NCBI GenBank assembly: GCA_963667175.2
Contig: CAXXXF010000003.1
Location: 513,952 to 577,951 of the forward strand
From: Candidatus Latescibacterota bacterium
GTDB taxonomy: Bacteria > Latescibacterota > UBA2968 > GCA-2709665
DNA: 64,000 nt
Direction: 5' to 3'
Shown here piece after piece: positions 58,692 to 64,000 of this stretch. The translations under genes were made by a program, and so were the position numbers. The notes below the pieces were generated by a model. The model worked only from the letters and a program-made list of their open reading frames with translations, searched no databases and was not told the DNA's origin. Position 1 is the first letter of the stretch, and each line of letters starts with the position of its first letter.

Positions 58692-59822
58692 ATGAGTGCA
58701 ACCAAAGAGCGCAAACTCGTCGTCGTCCAACTCTCTGGCGGCAACGACTACCTCAACTGCGTCGTCCCGTACGACGATCCGAGATACGTCGATAACCGAC
58801 CAAACGTGCGGATCACTGAGGATCGAGTCTTGCCGCTCGATGGCACCTACGGCTTGAACCCCGGGATGCAACCGATCAAGGAGCTCTATGACCAAGGCAA
58901 GGTCGCGGTGGTCCATGGCGTCGGCTACCCTGATCCGAACCGCTCACACTTCCGCTCAATGGATATCTGGCACACCGCTGAACCTCGACACGTCGCCGAC
59001 GAGGGATGGCTCGGCAACTCGGTTCGGCAGATGTACCCCGAGGGCGACAACGTCGTCGCGGCGGTGAACTTCGGTGGTGGTCTGCCCCGCGCCCTCGTGG
59101 CAAAAGGCGCGCCCGTCGCGTCCGTTACGGACCTCGAAACCTACGGTTTGATGGGACACCTCGGCGCAGACGCTGAGCGATCCGAAGTGCTCGAACTCTT
59201 CAAGTACATCTACTCCATGGGGCTCGGAAGCGGCCCGACGATGGATCTGATGAGCCAGACCGGCTTGGACGCGCTGCGCGGTTCCGACATGCTCAGTCAG
59301 TGCACCTTGACCTACGACTCCGAGATCGAATACGACCCGAACGCGTTTTCCAAAGCGATGAAGAGCGCGGCGCAGGTCTTGCAGGCGGACATCGGCACTC
59401 GCATCTGCTACGCCCAGCACGGCAGCTTCGACGCTCACACCAACGGCATTGCGCTGCAAGAAAAGCTGCTGCGCGATGTGTCCGGCGGAATCTACGACTT
59501 CTACTCCGACATGAAGGAACATGATCAGAGCGAAGACATTTTGATCTTGGCGTTCTCCGAGTTCGGCAGGCGTGTCAAAGACAACGGCAACGGTACTGAC
59601 CACGGTTCCGGCGGTGTTGCGTTCCTGATCGGCGACGGCGTCGCTGGCGGACAGTATGGCGATTACCCCTCGATGGACGAAAAAGACCTCGTCGAAGGCG
59701 ACCTCGCCTTCAACCTAGACTTCCGCAGCCTGTACACCGAGATCATGGAAGACTGGCTAGAAGTCGATGCCCGCGAAGTCATGGATCGAGACTACGAGCG
59801 CGTGGGTTTCTTGGCGGCGTAA
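58692..59822 (+). CDS. DUF1501 family protein
   Basis: QLSGGND.LN, GVGYP.PNRSHFRS..IW, FDAH, FSEFGRR, GTDHG, DFRS.Y. Confidence 0.9.
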   Translation: MSATKERKLVVVQLSGGNDYLNCVVPYDDPRYVDNRPNVRITEDRVLPLDGTYGLNPGMQPIKELYDQGKVAVVHGVGYPDPNRSHFRSMDIWHTAEPRHVADEGWLGNSVRQMYPEGDNVVAAVNFGGGLPRALVAKGAPVASVTDLETYGLMGHLGADAERSEVLELFKYIYSMGLGSGPTMDLMSQTGLDALRGSDMLSQCTLTYDSEIEYDPNAFSKAMKSAAQVLQADIGTRICYAQHGSFDAHTNGIALQEKLLRDVSGGIYDFYSDMKEHDQSEDILILAFSEFGRRVKDNGNGTDHGSGGVAFLIGDGVAGGQYGDYPSMDEKDLVEGDLAFNLDFRSLYTEIMEDWLEVDAREVMDRDYERVGFLAA

Positions 59823-59897
59823 CAGGGATTTCGCACCGCCTAGCGCGGGTAGTTGCAAACGTAAGGGTTTGTCCGAAAACCTGATCCGCGACTCGTT

Positions 59898-61764
59898 TTG
59901 ATAACGATGTCAATGCTCAAGTCTTCGGCGCTGACGCTGTGCGTCGTCCTCTGGTTGCTACTGCCTGTTTCATGCGCCGATTCGCAGGAGTCCGACGACG
60001 TAGATATCGCCGAACCGACGAGCGAAATCGCTGCCGTGACAGCGACCGCGCATCTCGACGATTCGGCCACTCCAGAACCGAGTCCGGTGCCCGAATTAGG
60101 AGCTGACGGCGAACCATTCTCGATCGAGTGCGGCATGGAACTGCAACCTGGGCCACCCTTGCTGGAAACTTGGGTTCTTTGGTCCGATGTGATCGTCAGA
60201 GCACGCGTCACATCATCAGAACCAAGTTACAGAATCAAGGATCGAGTTCCGGGCGATCGCCGGTTGGAAGTGGTCGGCGCCGACACCTATCGATACACCG
60301 ACCCATATCCAGACGACCCTGATGATCCCAGCAAACTGTACTGGTATTACCCAGTCAGGATCTTTGAGTTCGACGTTCTGGAGTATCTGAAAGGTTCCGG
60401 TCCATCAAAGTTGCGAATGGTCGATTTTAGTAGCTATCGCCGCGGTGTTCCCACCGGTTGCGGCAAAAGAGACCTGTATTTCGCGACCAAAGAGGAGGCT
60501 CTACGCCGTGCACCTAGTGCGCCGCCGCGTAGCAAAAACGACGCGATTCTCTTCCTCGATCGAGTCACTCCCGTCGAAGAGCACGAAAGAACGCGGTTTC
60601 TTCGTCGCGATCCCGATGAATTGACCGATGGCGCGGCCGATCCCCCTGGGTATAGCGGAGATCAGGAACTTGGCTGGTTCCGGTCGCAACTGAGTCAACG
60701 CATACCCGCCGGGGAGTCGTCCGACGCTCAGGTTTTCGAGATCGACGTCTTTGAAAACTTCCGCGGCGCCGATTCACCCGGCCGCTTGTACGTTCCCGAT
60801 CCGAACGGGGAATCCGGTTCACCGAACGCGATCGACATCGTCGGAGAGATGAACGTGGCGGAACTCCGTTGGTGGATTTCGCAGCTGAATCCCATAGAAG
60901 CGAAAGCGAGGAATCAAGCGGATCATCCGGATTTGTCCGATTGCCTTTCGCGAACTTGGTACGGTCAGCGGATGAGCAACGCTTACAGCAACACCTACGG
61001 AGATAATCCTCAATCTCACGAAGTCGTAATACTGTCGGGTCTACCCGCCGGAAACCGAGCGTTCGGAAGTCCATTAGACGCTGAGGTGTTGGGGCAATCA
61101 GTAACTGCGTTCAAACGGTCAGGAATCGCTATTCTTCGAAGTGGAAGACTCTCCCGACGGACACTCCGAGTACGTGGTGCGGATAAACGTCAAGCGCCCA
61201 ATGCCCGCGGGCATTTACGAGCTCGAGTTGGCGTACCAGCGGCAGTTGTGCGGAATCATCTCGCAACACTACAGCAGGAAGTTTTGGAACGTGGAGGCGG
61301 TCGCACCGGCGGACGTATTGCACGAAGCGATTTTCGATCCTGCCAGTTCCGCGAACGCCGATCAGGGGTACGACCATGAAGGTGCTGGTGGATACGTCGA
61401 CATAGCCCTCGGGAAGCTCGATCCGCAAACGTTCGATCTGCCGGGCGATGATCGCGATTTCACGGTACAACGGCTTGTCTGGAACGAGGGAATGATCGAG
61501 CTACAGGTCCGGCCGCACGCCGATCTCGGCGACTACGATCTGGGCATCATCGGCTTGGATGGGACAACAGAACTGACGTTGCCTTTCGGTTCGGCGACGG
61601 TGCGTGATGACGGGCGAAATCGCATTTACGTCTGGGAACAATGCGACCAGCCATGGCACTCGGGGGACGAGTTGATGATTCGGATTCGCAACACAATCTT
61701 TCCGAAGCAATACAGAGGCAGCGCCTATCCCACCCCGTGCCAACAATCGGAAACCCCCGGTTGA
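59898..61764 (+). pseudogene. Secreted hypothetical protein with a frameshift near 61110
   Basis: Signal/lipobox-like start; protein-like sequence continues in the 61141-61764 frame while the first frame becomes Arg-rich. Confidence 0.55.
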
Positions 61765-61803
61765 TTCTTTCCCTTCCCAGCGACGAGCACATCGCCACAT
61801 TCA

Positions 61804-61849
61804 CGTCATTCCAGCGGAACTACGTCATTCCGGCGGAAGCCGGAATCCA
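61804..61849 (+). repeat. CGTC-type palindrome preceded by a partial copy
   Basis: CGTCATTCCAGCGGAAC then CGTCATTCCGGCGGAAGCCGGAATCCA, core identical to the GIY-YIG flanks. Confidence 0.85.
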
Positions 61850-61947
61850 TAGAGCAATTGGCGTCACCGGCGCGTTCTCACCGACGCGTCCTTGAAACGT
61901 TAGAATGAACCCAGAAATTTCACTATGGAGAATTGGGTAGGTTTAGG

Positions 61948-63091
61948 ATGCAAGAGCCGCTGAGAGGTCTCGTTTTTGGTTCGGGATTCGCCGGGCAGGG
62001 ACACGCCGAGGCGATGCGATACTGCGGTATCGAGGTCGTCGGCATGGTCAGCCGCACCGAAGAGGTCGTGAAGCGTGTCGCGCACGATATGCAGATACCG
62101 TACGCTTCGACCGACTGGTTCGCGGCTCTTGAAGAATTGCGACCAGACATCGTGGCTATCGGCACGCCGGGCGGCGCACACTACGAGCAAACGCTCGCCG
62201 CAATTGAAATCGGGTGCCACGTCTTCTGCGACAAGCCGTTGACGACTAGCGCGGAGACTTCAAAGCATCTTCACCAAGCGGCTACCCGACAAAGGCGTGA
62301 AGACTGCATACGCCGCTTCGTTCCGGTATCAGCCGCACGCGCTCTTGGCCAAAACGTTGATAGCGGAAGGCGCGATCGGCGAGCCGTTCGAGACGGAATG
62401 CATTTCGCACTTACGAGCTGGACCCGCTGATCCCGTGGGGATGGTCGCATCGGATCCATCTCGGCGGCGGACGCTTGAGCAACAACTTCACGCACAAACT
62501 CTCCATCGTTCTGCACTCTCTCGATGCGACATTGATCGACATCAACGGTGAGGCAAGGAACGACATGCACACCGCGCCAGTCGTTGACGGCGTGCACGAC
62601 TTCCGCGAACGCGGCGATTTCGCGCCTACCAAAGACCAGTTGGAAGGAATCGAGTGGCGAGACGTCGATTCGGAATGGTCATACTCCGTGATGGCACACG
62701 TAAATCCGGCAATCAACACAAGGCAACCCGTGACCTCGATTTTCCGACACGGCGGGATGCAACCCAAGTTCGAAAATGACTACATCGCCTTCTACGGAGA
62801 CGAAGGATCGATCCACATCGGCGGCGCTTACGCGCAGGGTCCCTTGCACGTCAAGCCCCCGGCTCAGATTGGGAACCCGTCCAAGTCCCTTCAAGCATCA
62901 CCGACAGCGTCCCAAACATCGATGACGACACCCAACGCAACTGGACCGTCCTAATGTCCGAGCTAGTCGCCGACATCCGCGGCGAAGGATACACCGGCTA
63001 CCAAACCTTCAAAGACGGCTGGCTATTCCAAGAAGCAGTAGACGCCGTCAGAAGAGGCGATGGGTGGTTTGCGTTGCCTTGTAATGGGTGA
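61948..63091 (+). pseudogene. Gfo/Idh/MocA oxidoreductase with several frameshifts
   Basis: GSGFAG..H, PDIVAIGTP..H, HVFCDKP; continues across frames (about 62290, 62410-62460, 62860) to TFKDG. Confidence 0.75.
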
Positions 63092-63157
63092 GGAATAGCC
63101 CGGCACTGATCGAGACGCCACAGGCGACGGACGACGATAGCGGTACCGCGGATTTCG

Positions 63158-64000
63158 ATGTACGCACCTACGTACAAAGGGTACGATCTTACGATCCTAG
63201 ACGAGCGCGCATTGGTGGCCGGGTTAGCTAAACCGGAGTCTGGGCTCGTGAACCGACTTTTGGTTTGCACCGAATCAAGTCTGCTGGAGTTAAAGAAAAG
63301 TCGGGGCAATACCCGGATTGAAGACTCGCATAATCGCGCATTTTTCACCGATGTTTCGTTGAAACGAAGGTTCGGCGTTTGGAACTTAGAGATTGCTACT
63401 TACGGCGGAGACCTAAAATTTACCGGTGAACGTGATGAACTAGAGCGTATCGCGCAGTTTCTGCGGCGATGGGGACGCGAAACAACACATCAGACCGAAG
63501 CGACAATCGGTTCCGATGCGCGAGGGCCCCATACGGAATACGGTACCGCGACTCCAAAAGACGATGCCAGAAAATCAACTGTTCGATCACAGTGGCTTAA
63601 GGGTTGCTCACTCGTCTTTCTCGGCGTCGTCGTACTTTTCGTAGCGGTCAGGATTTTCTCCGGCTGTTCGGACTCTAGCCAAAGCATAGGCGTATCTGGC
63701 ACGCAGGAAGCAACATCGGAAGCAAGCAGACTCGCAATCGAAAAGACTCGCGCAGCACAAACCGCGACCGCGGTGGTAACTTCCTCGACCTTCGTGAGAC
63801 CAACGTACACGCCGACGCCGGACCGTTCACTCTCCCCGGCCGGTGGCGTGATTAGTTTAACTCAGGTCCGCCCGACCGCTACGCGAGTTCCTTCCCCTAC
63901 TCCGGTTCCGACCCCAACCTTCGAGCAGTTAATGTCCGAGGCGGTTGAAATCGATTACGACGATCTGTTCCGAAACAACGAACGACATATCGGAAAGCAG
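63158..64000 (+). CDS. Membrane-anchored hypothetical protein, runs off the window end
   Basis: Open frame from ATG 63158 to the end (not in the ORF track): one TM helix, PT-rich linker, IDYDDLFRN.ERHIGK start of an OB-fold-like domain. Confidence 0.6.
   Translation, partial: MYAPTYKGYDLTILDERALVAGLAKPESGLVNRLLVCTESSLLELKKSRGNTRIEDSHNRAFFTDVSLKRRFGVWNLEIATYGGDLKFTGERDELERIAQFLRRWGRETTHQTEATIGSDARGPHTEYGTATPKDDARKSTVRSQWLKGCSLVFLGVVVLFVAVRIFSGCSDSSQSIGVSGTQEATSEASRLAIEKTRAAQTATAVVTSSTFVRPTYTPTPDRSLSPAGGVISLTQVRPTATRVPSPTPVPTPTFEQLMSEAVEIDYDDLFRNNERHIGKQ

Overview
The window looks like two unrelated genomic fragments joined at about 12,790. Part 1 (1-12.8 kb, very GC-rich) holds housekeeping genes: Ca/Na antiporter, rfbB, rfbC, uvrA, hemL, a HEAT-repeat protein, two PQQ-like beta-propeller proteins and an SDR. 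It also holds a MITE and an unusual 68-nt tRNA-Arg(UCG)-like gene with no D-arm but its own putative promoter and terminator. Part 2 (12.8-64 kb) comes from a Chloroflexota genome, probably Dehalococcoidia/SAR202-like, judged from an unlinked 16S rRNA gene, a solitary tRNA-Ile, an LLM monooxygenase and a VEK-repeat ABC binding protein. It carries tandem sulfatases, tandem ERG4/ERG24-type sterol reductases, many toxin-antitoxin modules (some decayed), McrBC with a hicBA pair between mcrB and mcrC, GmrSD, a B12-binding/XRE regulator, a GIY-YIG nuclease bracketed by inverted palindromic repeats that recur across the window, and several REP-like repeat families. Frameshifts cluster in the last 3 kb. 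All calls come from motif recognition by eye; no searches were run.
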